DNA of 64,000 nucleotides from Cyanophora paradoxa CCMP329 (taxonomy: Eukaryota; Plantae; Glaucophyta): the NCBI GenBank assembly GCA_004431415.1, contig QPMI01000517.1, positions 136,676 through 200,675 on the forward strand. The letters run 5' to 3'. Shown piece by piece: positions 10,511 through 20,347 of the stretch. Both the position numbers and the translations under genes were made by a program. Below the pieces are notes generated by a model. That model saw only the letters and a list, made by a program, of their open reading frames with translations, had not been told where the DNA came from and did no database searches. How positions within the stretch are numbered: the stretch's first letter is position 1; every line of letters starts with the position of its first letter.

Positions 10511-13500
10511 CTCCTGGTGGGACGCTGTCCGCGAAGAACTCTCTCTTCCCCGCCCCTCCACCCGGTCCCCTTTCCTCCCCCGCCACCCTATGCCTCCACC
10601 GCCCTCTATCCCAGACATTCGTCGCTCTCTCCAAGCTAACGCCGTCCTTGCGGGACTAAACCTTGGCGATTTTGTATGGACATCCCAAGGCCTAGTTGGC
10701 CGCGTCGTTGGGAAACCCCCGATCCCGGACGAACACCTGGACGAACCGGCCTCCGAGGACCCTGACGCGGACCCCAACTGCCCCCGGGATTCAGAGTATA
10801 ACTATGGGGTGGAACTCGTCCATTACTGCCTCACCCCATATGATGGCCTCTCCACGCGCGACCCCGGTCTATCGGCGCTTGAGCTCGACCCCGCCTGGCG
10901 TGAACGCAGACTGGAATTCCAATTTTGCCCTCACCCAAAATACTGCGGCTCTGAACAGCTTCATCGCGAGCTGGGCCTTTCTACGACTGCTTGCCGATGG
11001 GTCGAGTACGCATCTCACGTCCGCCGAATCCCGGCAGGCTCGTCGTGCGAATCGAAGGGCTGGTCTCCGAGCCTCTCCAATCTCAATAGGCCGGTGCCCA
11101 CCCGCTCCCGGCAGCTGCCCGACTCCACCTCCGCCTTCACATGCTCCCACTCTAGAGGGCAGCATCCCCCCCGTGCTCAACCCACACGCGCAGCTAAAAA
11201 AGCCCGCCTTGACCCCTCCTCAGCTACCCCTCCTGCTCAATATGACCCCGAACTCCCCCCTTCCAACCTCCCCCGCGAAATCACACACATTGGCTTCATC
11301 GATCTCTGGCTCCGGGAAACTGACTGGTGGGACTCTTTCCGAGCGGAGGCCCAAGCTACCAATGTTGCCCTCGAGAGACGCCCACGCCTTATGACCCCCA
11401 CATCACAAGCCGACCGCGCCTTCTATGAATCCCCGGCCGGGCTCGACTTCCTTTTCATTACCTCCCGAGCCCTTTTCGCAGAGCTCTGCCCTACACTCCG
11501 CGCACTAAACTCCCCGCCCCTTCCCTCCGGAACTACTCCCCGGGTAATATACACGGACGCCAGCACACAAAAACAGGGCTCCGCCTCTGTCCGAACCACT
11601 TACGCCGGCCTTGCACCCCTCGAAAATAATCCCGACCTGCCTGACAAAATCGAGTTCGCCCACCGCCTCCCCGGCGTCCAACATAACGTGAACCTGGGAG
11701 AGCTAGCAGGCACAATCTCCGCAGCATTCACGTATTTCGGGCCCACGGGCGGGAAAATTATCACGGACAGTCAGAACACTATCCGAGCCCTGACAGCCTT
11801 CGCCTTTCAAGACCCTTCATCCTTCTCCCATCCCATCAACTTCCGCACCCTGCTCCGCCGAGAAGACGGGGCCCTTCTCCTCAACGCTCGAACGCAATAC
11901 GCCATTCGTATCGCCCAAGACCCGAACTTCCAAGTCACGCTTCAGTGGGTCCCCTCTCACCAACCAAAGACCATCCCGCGGCCACCTGCAACGGCTCCGA
12001 CACCAACGACGACCCGCCGCCCGGCCCCCTCTTCCCCCCGCCGACCCCGTGTCCCCCGCAGCGGACCAGCTGCCCCCCTTCCTACCGCCCCGCAGACATT
12101 CCCTGCCTCGGCTCCTTACCACTATATTGGTGGAATGGACATCCCCGACGCCCGACTCCTCTTTTCGGACGACTCCTCCCCGCCCCTCCCTCCGTCACTA
12201 TTCTCGTCCCTCCTCCCGCCTCGCCGGCACATTCGCACATATATCCTAGCTGACAGCCCCGCCGACTACCATTTCCTCCGCTGCCAAGCGGACCTTGTTG
12301 ACTATGTAGATGCCTCCGAGAATACCAACACCCACCTGGTCCTGGACCTTGTCCCCCTCGCGTCCGCCAGACTTGAACGCGCCTTCATGGCGGAGGACAC
12401 CGTCATCTGGAACCGCTGCATCCGACTTCCCAAAGCTCATACTCTTTTTCCTTCCGACGAACACCTGACTATCGTCTCGGACTGTGACATCCTCCGCGCC
12501 TACTCCGCTTTTCTTGCAGCCTTAGGACGCAGAGACATCACTCACAACATCTCCTTCCAGTGCTGCTCCCCTCCCAACCCAATCTTCCTTCAACCACTCC
12601 CCGAGGACGCCCCTGATGTTGACCACCCTGATCCTGGGCCTACAAGGAAACTCGCCCTCGACTATTACTTAGCCCACCCTAGGGGCTCCGGCCCCACCTG
12701 GCACTTCTACCCCACTTCCCTCTGCAAACCCGCTGTCCCCGCCGACCGTGACACGCCTCTCCCCGCCTGGTACTGGGACGAGGACCTTACACTCGCCCCC
12801 ACCTCCCAGACCGAGGCTGGCACCCCTATGGTCGCGTACCACCGTTGCGACCCTGGCATGTGGGGCATCCCTATTTCCTCCCTGATCGCAGAACAATGGG
12901 CACGGGGACCCGCCCTCTCCTGCCCGCACTGCCACCCCACCCCCGCCCCGCCTGGCCCCCCACCCACGTTCCCTCTCCGCGACCAAACCGGCGCCCTTCC
13001 TGTCTTATTCGAACGCTATGGACGCCGAGCCATCCCCTACTCAGCTGCCATCGACCCCGACGGCCCCAGGTATGATCGCCGAGTACTTCCCCTCCTCGAC
13101 GGCATAAAATCTCGCCTGGCTGCCCTTAAAGCGGCCCCCCTCTCCCTCATCGACCCCAACCCTCGGTCTGGGGCCCACCTGGCCACACCCGTTCTCCTCG
13201 CACAACCCATACCTGCAGAACCCGTCGACGCTTTCTTCAGACTTCTCCAAAACCGCCAAGTCTCCTTCCGCCTGCATGCCCCGACCACCCCCAAGTGCCT
13301 CTTCCTCTCGTCCTCCCACGCAACCTCGATCCTCATGGGCACAGCCCCCACTGCCCTTTCTATCAAAGCCCGCGCAGGCCAGCCACAACTGGACCGACCC
13401 TACGTCCCGCACCCTTTCTCCCCAACGGAATACGATTATATTCTCCTCCCCCTGCCCCCCTCTGGGTCCCGACCCTGGCGACTAGCAATCATCTCGGCCC

Positions 13501-14744
13501 GCCTCCGCGAAATCCGCATCCTGGACGTCACCCGCAAACCCGCCTCCGACGTCACGGCCCCTCTTAAAGACTGGGTCATCAACTGGTGGACGGCGACTCT
13601 CCGCCCCGGCGACTCCTCCCCACGCTCGGCCTGGAAGTACGACACCAGCACCTTCCCCACACAAGCCTGGAAAAACGTTCACACGGGTGAAGACGCTCTC
13701 TTCGTCATGACCGCTGCTGAGTTCATTGGCCGCGGTGAGGAAGTCCACCTGTATGGCAAAGGACGGGGCCGCCCCATCCCCTTCCACGCCCCCATCTACC
13801 GGGAGCGTTGGGCGGCCGCTCTCCTTCTCCGGGACCCTGAGGTTCTCCTGGGGACAGTCCAGGCCAACGACCCGGCATTCACAACAAAACGACAGCGCAT
13901 GACCCCGCGCACCAGCTCCCGCCCTTCCCAGCACACGGCAGCCAAAGCCCGCCGTCCGGTTAGACGCAAGCGAGACCCCACCCCTCCTCCCTTCCGTCCT
14001 CCCCTCCCCCCCCCGTCCCTTACACCGGTAACCCCCCGGTCCCCCAATTCCCCTCCCTCCTCCCCGCAGCTCCCCACCCCCCCCCCACCCTGCCCTTCCC
14101 CACCCCCACGCCCCCCGGCGCCCGAGGCCCGACCAACTGCTTCCCCAGGCCGAACCCCCGCTCACACGACTGAATTTCCCCTCCCTCGCCCCCTGACGCT
14201 GGCGGAGAAAAGTTGGCTGGGGAATGCCTTCCGGTTTGCAGACAATGATTACTGCGCGGAGCAAACTCTCATGTCGAAACCCCCCTCCCACCCGCCCCCC
14301 GACCTGACCCTCATCGCCACTCCCTCATTCGACGAGGCGACCTTATCCACCTCCGGCCGAATGCCGCCCTCAGCCTCCCCCTCGTGGAAGCCTTCCTTGA
14401 CATGCTCTCCTCCCGCGAAGCCGCCCTGGCCTCGCCTCACCCTACCTACTTCCTGTCGTCCAGCTCTTACCCCGCTAGTGCAGCCTCCCAATTTGACTCT
14501 CGGGGCTCTGCCCCCTCCCCCTGCACCACTACCTTCCCCCCGGACGCCTTCTCGATGCCCGCCTTGTCCTTGTCCCCATCCTTACCTATCGCCCCACTCA
14601 TCATGCCCCACCAGCCCCCTCGCCGACCCTTCCCTCAGGCAGATCCCGGCACCCTCAGGGCCCCCCGGGACACTGGCACCTACTTGCCTTATTTCCTCAG
14701 ACGCGCTCGTTCTACATTCACAACGGCTCCCTCGACGTCCCTGA
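10458..14744 (+). CDS. LINE-A polyprotein part 3: RNase H N-terminal part (~11545-11960), then a large insertion with a Ulp1/C48-like domain (~13215-13830)
   Basis: RNase H motifs YTDAS, NLGELAG, ITDSQ, WVPSH. Ulp1-like pattern PVDAFFRLL..YDYILLPL..PWRLAII..IRILDV..FPTQ..GEDALFVM..YRERWAAALL. Confidence 0.8.
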   Translation: MVPPLESRPCPGILQTCPSWWDAVREELSLPRPSTRSPFLPRHPMPPPPSIPDIRRSLQANAVLAGLNLGDFVWTSQGLVGRVVGKPPIPDEHLDEPASEDPDADPNCPRDSEYNYGVELVHYCLTPYDGLSTRDPGLSALELDPAWRERRLEFQFCPHPKYCGSEQLHRELGLSTTACRWVEYASHVRRIPAGSSCESKGWSPSLSNLNRPVPTRSRQLPDSTSAFTCSHSRGQHPPRAQPTRAAKKARLDPSSATPPAQYDPELPPSNLPREITHIGFIDLWLRETDWWDSFRAEAQATNVALERRPRLMTPTSQADRAFYESPAGLDFLFITSRALFAELCPTLRALNSPPLPSGTTPRVIYTDASTQKQGSASVRTTYAGLAPLENNPDLPDKIEFAHRLPGVQHNVNLGELAGTISAAFTYFGPTGGKIITDSQNTIRALTAFAFQDPSSFSHPINFRTLLRREDGALLLNARTQYAIRIAQDPNFQVTLQWVPSHQPKTIPRPPATAPTPTTTRRPAPSSPRRPRVPRSGPAAPLPTAPQTFPASAPYHYIGGMDIPDARLLFSDDSSPPLPPSLFSSLLPPRRHIRTYILADSPADYHFLRCQADLVDYVDASENTNTHLVLDLVPLASARLERAFMAEDTVIWNRCIRLPKAHTLFPSDEHLTIVSDCDILRAYSAFLAALGRRDITHNISFQCCSPPNPIFLQPLPEDAPDVDHPDPGPTRKLALDYYLAHPRGSGPTWHFYPTSLCKPAVPADRDTPLPAWYWDEDLTLAPTSQTEAGTPMVAYHRCDPGMWGIPISSLIAEQWARGPALSCPHCHPTPAPPGPPPTFPLRDQTGALPVLFERYGRRAIPYSAAIDPDGPRYDRRVLPLLDGIKSRLAALKAAPLSLIDPNPRSGAHLATPVLLAQPIPAEPVDAFFRLLQNRQVSFRLHAPTTPKCLFLSSSHATSILMGTAPTALSIKARAGQPQLDRPYVPHPFSPTEYDYILLPLPPSGSRPWRLAIISARLREIRILDVTRKPASDVTAPLKDWVINWWTATLRPGDSSPRSAWKYDTSTFPTQAWKNVHTGEDALFVMTAAEFIGRGEEVHLYGKGRGRPIPFHAPIYRERWAAALLLRDPEVLLGTVQANDPAFTTKRQRMTPRTSSRPSQHTAAKARRPVRRKRDPTPPPFRPPLPPPSLTPVTPRSPNSPPSSPQLPTPPPPCPSPPPRPPAPEARPTASPGRTPAHTTEFPLPRPLTLAEKSWLGNAFRFADNDYCAEQTLMSKPPSHPPPDLTLIATPSFDEATLSTSGRMPPSASPSWKPSLTCSPPAKPPWPRLTLPTSCRPALTPLVQPPNLTLGALPPPPAPLPSPRTPSRCPPCPCPHPYLSPHSSCPTSPLADPSLRQIPAPSGPPGTLAPTCLISSDALVLHSQRLPRRP

Positions 14745-14769
14745 TCACCTTGTCTCCTTTGCACAAGAC

Positions 14770-17316
14770 TTGGCGGCCACTTGGAGTCAACGCGACTCTG
14801 GCTCTCCCCTCCCCCTCACTCCATTCTGCAGATGGACCTACCTACGCCCGGAGACATCCCTCTCCGTTCTCCAGCCTCCCAACAGCACGGCCTGCGGCCC
14901 TCTCCTCCTCCTCACAGCTGACCTACTCAGTCGCTCCTCAGCACTTGCCCCGTCGGACCTGCCCCGCCCCCCAGCCTACATTCAGGTCGACAATGCTGCG
15001 CTCCGCAGATACCGTGAATATATTGCCCTCAGCCTCTGCTACGGGTCCGTCACCCTCGACCCTATATGCTGTGGCCCTGCCCTCCCGGCCCTCAGACCCC
15101 CACCGACCTTCCCGGGGCGCCCCCGACCGCCACGCCGCCCCCCAGTCTCCACCGGCGGCACCCTCCCTACCCTCGACTCCCCACCACCCTCCCCCGACCG
15201 CCCAGCCCTCCCGCGCTCCCCAACTGTGCTTGAGTCTACCCCGCCTCGCCCTGCAGGGCCCGCCACCCCCCTCCCTCCCGGTGCTCGCTACGCCCAAGAA
15301 CTCGCCTCTCAGCTCGCCGACCTGGCCCGCAACGAAGCCTCCGCAACAGCACGCCGTCTCTTCCGGCCGTCCCACGTGACCCCACTCGAGGCGGCGACCA
15401 TCCTAGCTGAAGCCGCTCACCGCGACGCCGCCCAGCCGCCACCACGGTCCGCCAAAGCATCTAAAACGGCCGCAAAGAAAGAGGCGGCCAGGACCCCGGC
15501 CAAGAGCCGTATCTCGAACCCAGCCTATACTCCTGACAACTGCCACAATGACGCCGTTGACAAGCTCGCCAAAACGGCCCCAGACGCCCCCCTCTCAGCC
15601 CTTCTCTTCATTCCTCACAGTTTCAAATGCTTCCTCATCCGCGTCGGCCTCCCGCCCCCGTCATCCCAAGGCCCAGTTCCAGGAGCCGAGCCTTACAGAG
15701 GCAGACTCCATGCATACCGCGTTGAGGGGGACCCCCGCTCTCACTTCCTAGCCGAAGCCTCCCTCTCCCAATACCTCGACTGGCGCCAGCTTCGCAACGC
15801 TGGGGCCGTCCTCAGCAATCCTCACGTTACCCTCGCCCCAGCCCTCTCCCTCGTGTCCGACAAGCCACCGGACCGCCGTACCCCCACAGGCGATCACCTC
15901 CGCAAAGTCAGATTCCAGTGCATTCTTGGAGGCCTCCCCTCCCTCACCATCCGCCTCCTCCACGACCCCGACCTATACGGCCCTCTCTTTCCTGACGGTA
16001 TCGCCCACTGCCCCTTCTGTCACCTCCCCCCCACCCCTGCCCCAGTCCCCGAGGACCCTACTTCCCCACCCCCACCCTCCCCGCCCCCTGCCACGTGCAC
16101 CCCCCCGGGCTCCCCCCCGCCCTCTTCCCCACCGAGGGCCGCAGACCCCAGACAGCCCGACCCTACAACCCACCCCCCCGAAGACTTCATTCACATATTT
16201 ACGTGCCCCGCCGCTCGCCTCCTCCTCCAAGCTTTCCAGGATGCACTCGTGACCTTCCTCCGCACCCGGGTTCTCCGCCACTCGCCCAAACCCTTAGGAC
16301 ACGACGACACTATTTTTCAACTCTTTCCCTTCCTCCGCCTCGTCTCCCCTGACCCCGCCTCTCCCCTCCAATCCGCCCTCCTCTCCCCCACCGAAAATCC
16401 GGCCCTTTTCCGCCCCCCAGGTCTTACCGATACCCTATGGACAAAGCTTAGCCCGGCCTTGGCTGACATACTCCCCTTCCCCGCCCCTGCCCTCCTGCGC
16501 CTCGGTACCCCGGCAGGATTGCCCGCCCTCTGCGCAGCCCTGGGCATCAACAAGACCACCACAATGTCAATCCAAAAAGATTTAGCGCTACTCCTCGACC
16601 AACACCTCCGTGCGATCTGGAGGGACCGCTGCGCCCGCAACCACGCCTGGGAGCTCCGACAAGGCATCACTGACAGAACCAAACGTCGATACCGCAAACA
16701 TGCCGACACCAAACCCTCCCGCTCGCCGCTAGTACAGCCGCCTAGTCCCCCCCTCCCCCCCCCCCCCCCCGCCCCCTCCCTCCATGATACCATCTCCATC
16801 ACTGACTTCTGCTGCGAATTGGACTCGGAAGGCCAACCCTGGGTTCTCCTGGAAAATATCCGCCAAGCAATAGCACGACTCCCTGCCGCCCCCTCACCCC
16901 AGGCCGCCCCCTCCCCTCAGGCCCCTCCCTCCCCCCAACCGCCCGATGCAGGACCCACCGCCGGACATCTGACTTCTCTTGCACCTGTGGCACCCAATTT
17001 GCCTCCGCAGCTGCCCTCCAGGCCCACTCCGACGCCAGACGGGGAAAGTGCCCCGCTCGCCCAGAGACCACCTCATACTCTCGACCTGCCTCCCAACCTG
17101 CTGCACCCCCAACGCAGCCTTCCCACAAGAACCCCGACAATGGCACCCTGCCCGCTCTGCCCGCGGGCCCTACGTCCGCTACTCAACCTTCCAAGCGCCC
17201 CGCCCCAACGCTCCCCCTGGCCCCTCCCTCGAAACGAACTCGCCCGTCGCCTGCCTCACGCAAACGGACAACCGCTACTCCCCCCGCCCCGGCACCCAAA
17301 CGCCCGCGCCTCATGA
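14770..17316 (+). CDS. LINE-A polyprotein part 4: RNase H C-terminal helix, zinc knuckle, C-terminal domain
   Basis: NDAVDKLAK at 15547. RVEGDPR is shared with LINE-B. CPFC..EDFIHIFTCP knuckle. IWRDRCARNHAWELRQGIT matches LINE-B TWAARCQAYAEWEKACGIT. Confidence 0.8.
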   Translation: MAATWSQRDSGSPLPLTPFCRWTYLRPETSLSVLQPPNSTACGPLLLLTADLLSRSSALAPSDLPRPPAYIQVDNAALRRYREYIALSLCYGSVTLDPICCGPALPALRPPPTFPGRPRPPRRPPVSTGGTLPTLDSPPPSPDRPALPRSPTVLESTPPRPAGPATPLPPGARYAQELASQLADLARNEASATARRLFRPSHVTPLEAATILAEAAHRDAAQPPPRSAKASKTAAKKEAARTPAKSRISNPAYTPDNCHNDAVDKLAKTAPDAPLSALLFIPHSFKCFLIRVGLPPPSSQGPVPGAEPYRGRLHAYRVEGDPRSHFLAEASLSQYLDWRQLRNAGAVLSNPHVTLAPALSLVSDKPPDRRTPTGDHLRKVRFQCILGGLPSLTIRLLHDPDLYGPLFPDGIAHCPFCHLPPTPAPVPEDPTSPPPPSPPPATCTPPGSPPPSSPPRAADPRQPDPTTHPPEDFIHIFTCPAARLLLQAFQDALVTFLRTRVLRHSPKPLGHDDTIFQLFPFLRLVSPDPASPLQSALLSPTENPALFRPPGLTDTLWTKLSPALADILPFPAPALLRLGTPAGLPALCAALGINKTTTMSIQKDLALLLDQHLRAIWRDRCARNHAWELRQGITDRTKRRYRKHADTKPSRSPLVQPPSPPLPPPPPAPSLHDTISITDFCCELDSEGQPWVLLENIRQAIARLPAAPSPQAAPSPQAPPSPQPPDAGPTAGHLTSLAPVAPNLPPQLPSRPTPTPDGESAPLAQRPPHTLDLPPNLLHPQRSLPTRTPTMAPCPLCPRALRPLLNLPSAPPQRSPWPLPRNELARRLPHANGQPLLPPPRHPNARAS

Positions 17317-17629
17317 CCCCTCCCCTTCCCGCCTCTGCACCCGCCCCACCCGTACCTACGGCAAAAAGAAAGGCAGCCGGTCGCAAGACCCCCAAGCGCG
17401 GGACCAAAAAAGCGCGAACGGTGTCGATACCTGCTGGACAACCCACAATCACGTCCCTCTTCGCACCTGGAGTGTACAAACCACTAACGACGCTTCAAGT
17501 AGCCGACTCTCCCCCCCCCTCCTCGCTTCAGCCGGCCCCCCCGACCGGGACCCCGCACGGTGCCGCCCCGCTGCCCCCTACGGTTCCTCCCCCAGCCCCA
17601 ACCGACTCACAAGTGCCGAACCCCTCGTT

Positions 17630-17775
17630 GACTCCGGCCACCCCTATGGCTTCGGCCCTCCCCTCGGCTTCGGCCCCCCCCTCGGCTTCGGCCACCCCAT
17701 CGGCTTCGGCCCCCCCCCCGGCTTCGGCCACCCCATCGGCCTCGGCCACCCCTCTGGCTTCGGCCACCCCCCCTA
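17630..17775 (+). repeat. 18-bp tandem repeat (ggcttcggccaccccatc-like)
   Basis: About 7-8 visible copies near the LINE-A 3' end. Confidence 0.85.
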
Positions 17776-18727
17776 CTCAGACCGACCCCTCCCGACCCCT
17801 CGCGACCCGCCTCGCCTCCGCACTCCCCGCTCTCTGCGCCGCCTGTCAGTGCCCACGCTCACTCCACTCTGCCGTCCCGGCACCGCTCCCTGCCCTGCCC
17901 CGCATCCGCTGCCCACCCCCTACCGCTGCCTCCGCCCACTCCCTCTCCTTCCTCATATCTTCCTCCTACCACCTTCTTCACCTCGACAGAACGGGACACC
18001 GATTAATCGGGGTCCTGGGGCGCAGGTGAGGAGGAGGGAGGAGGCAGAGTGAGGAGGAGGAGGGGTGGCGGAGCGGCGACAAGGGAGGGCGGCGGACTGC
18101 GAGACATTTCACTTCCAGGGCTCATGAGGGATGGAGGAGTTGATCAAGGGGTGGGCGCGCGGGTCTGGTTACGGCTATCACCGAAAACCATGGCTCCCCC
18201 ACTCAGGCGAACCTCCCATACTGAGCGACCCATGGCCGGCACCTCGCTAGCATCTTCGGCTAGATAGATGACCGGTCGGAAGGGCGCGTCACGTAGAACA
18301 TTGATACATGTGCCGTGGTGTATCAATGCGACGTCCACTTTTGCAAAAAAAAAAAAGCGGCCGCGCCTTCGACGCCGAGCAAGTCCGGCAGCAACCGGTG
18401 GCCCAGGCCACTGCGAGCCAGCAGCCCCGCCGGGCGGTTCGTGCGGCGCGCGAAGTCCCGGCACACCAGCGCATGTACGACCAAATTATGCAAGCCGGCG
18501 CTGCTGGCCTCCGCCCGACTTCCCTTGGCAAGCGACCGCTGCCGCAGTAGGCCTAGCTACAGCCATAGTCCCCAGTGCTCCAGTGAGAGCCCCTTTACCC
18601 ACAGAACACTTGTCTGTAGCTTTCCCGCCCTTGATTCGATAAACCGCCATGCTGAAGATTGTCTTCCAGTGCGCGTGCACAAGGGCACTGGGATGGTACA
18701 CAACGTCAACAACTGTACTGTACCCAA

Positions 18728-20347
18728 ATGAAAAAGAAAACTAAATCTGCGGCCGCGGCCCCCGCGGCACCAAAAGCAGCTCCAAAACCTAAGGCGCCCG
18801 GCAGCAAGCCAACGGGCCAAAAGAAACAAAATGCGACCAAGCTGCAGCTGAACAACAAGGCGGCGGGCGCGGCGCCCGCGGGATCTGGGCAGGCGGCCGC
18901 GACGCTTCGGCTGGAGAACGTCTTCCCCCCTAGCATGTTTCCCGAAGGTGGCGACTTCATAGGGGACGAACCGGCTATCAGGAAGCAGAAACCGGACGGG
19001 GTGCTGAGGACCATGACCTTCAACACGAGAGGCTCCAGCGCCTACAAGCTGCAGCAGCTAGAAGAGTTCTGCTGCCGCTGGGATGTCGATGTAGCGGGCG
19101 TGCAGGAGCTGTCGATGACAAGGCCCCAGATGGCCGCCGCCCTGAGGTCGAGAGGGGAGGACCCGCTCCAGCCGGAAGGCGCGATAACGCACGGAAAGCT
19201 CCTGTACACGCTAAAATCAGGAGACGGAACGCGAGGGAGCGGCGCCGCTCTCTGGGTCGCGCCGCAATGGGTCAAGCACCTCACGACGAAGTACGAGGTC
19301 CAGGGCCGGCTGATCGGGTTCGAGCTCCGCTTCAAAGGGAACCTCCAGCTCTTCGTGGCGAGCGTGTACATGCCCGCGACCGAGAGCAAAGCTGCGCACC
19401 GCCAGGATCAGGAGAAGGTCGTTGAAGAACTGACGAAGATGTACGACGACTTCTACGAGCGTGACAACGCGCACCTGCTGCTCCTGGGAGACTGGAACTC
19501 GGTCCCGGTCCCGTCGAGCTCACGCATCCGAAACGGCGCCCTGGCCCAGAGCCACAAAGCCGAACGGAAGTGGTGGCACACGATGATCGACTCGTGGGAC
19601 CTGCACGACGCCGGGATGTCACACGCGGCGAAACATGATGACGGAACTCTCTGCGGAGCACGCGAGATCACGCACCGCACCCCGCACGGAAGCAAGGGCC
19701 AAGGAGCGTCGGTCGGGGCGGCGGTGGCACCTGTACCGTCAGACGGAGTAGACGAGTCAGAGGGCGCGGAACGCGAAGCCGAGGAGGAAACGCCGGCTGA
19801 CCTACCAAAAGACGCGCTCTGGCACGCGGCGCGCATCGATGCAGTGCTGGTCTCGGAATCACTGGATCACGCGCTCCTCAGCGCGCACACGTGCCCCGCG
19901 TGGGTCGATGCGCCGCACGACTCAGACCACTATCCAGCGTTCGCGGACTTCGACCTGGAGGAGGCGGGCATGACAGCGCCGGTGGGACCGAAGCCAGAAC
20001 CGAAACCCGGGCCACCAGTGTTTGACCCGGACGGCCTGAAGCGCACACAAAACGAAAAAGATGAGCTGAAAAGAGAGCTAAACAGGCAGCTCGGCGAAGC
20101 CGTCGGGGCGGACCTCGACGCCGTCGGCGAGGGCACGCCGGAAGAGCGTCTTGAGCGACTGAGCCGCATCCACGCTGCGAGCGCGAGCCTTGTTCAGGAG
20201 GTGGCAAAGGAACATCTATGCATGAGGGGCCGAGGGGGAAGCCGACCAAGCCGCGCAACCTGCCGTGGCAGGCGAAGGCCGACGCCAGAGTTGCCCGCAT
20301 TCTCGCTGCCTGGAGGAAGGAACCAGGCGGGATCCCGTCGGAGCTGA
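18728..20347 (+). CDS. LINE-B ORF2 part 1: AP endonuclease
   Basis: TFNTRG, GVQEL, LGDWNS, RIDAVLVS, SDHYP. Frameshift near a G5 run at ~20235. Confidence 0.9.
   Translation: MKKKTKSAAAAPAAPKAAPKPKAPGSKPTGQKKQNATKLQLNNKAAGAAPAGSGQAAATLRLENVFPPSMFPEGGDFIGDEPAIRKQKPDGVLRTMTFNTRGSSAYKLQQLEEFCCRWDVDVAGVQELSMTRPQMAAALRSRGEDPLQPEGAITHGKLLYTLKSGDGTRGSGAALWVAPQWVKHLTTKYEVQGRLIGFELRFKGNLQLFVASVYMPATESKAAHRQDQEKVVEELTKMYDDFYERDNAHLLLLGDWNSVPVPSSSRIRNGALAQSHKAERKWWHTMIDSWDLHDAGMSHAAKHDDGTLCGAREITHRTPHGSKGQGASVGAAVAPVPSDGVDESEGAEREAEEETPADLPKDALWHAARIDAVLVSESLDHALLSAHTCPAWVDAPHDSDHYPAFADFDLEEAGMTAPVGPKPEPKPGPPVFDPDGLKRTQNEKDELKRELNRQLGEAVGADLDAVGEGTPEERLERLSRIHAASASLVQEVAKEHLCMRGRGGSRPSRATCRGRRRPTPELPAFSLPGGRNQAGSRRS

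Larger units (their letters stand above)
1..18356 (+). mobile_element. LINE-A: giant non-LTR retrotransposon (APE + RT + RNase H + C-terminal zinc knuckle); 5' end lies outside the window
   Basis: Reading frame is open from base 2. APE, RT, RNase H and CxxC..HxxxC motifs occur in order. Structured 3' UTR with an A12 run at 18345-18356. Confidence 0.9.

Noticed and set aside
16000-17316. Dualen-type restriction-like endonuclease after the zinc knuckle
   Set aside because: No recognisable PD-(D/E)xK motif; the C-terminus matches LINE-B instead.
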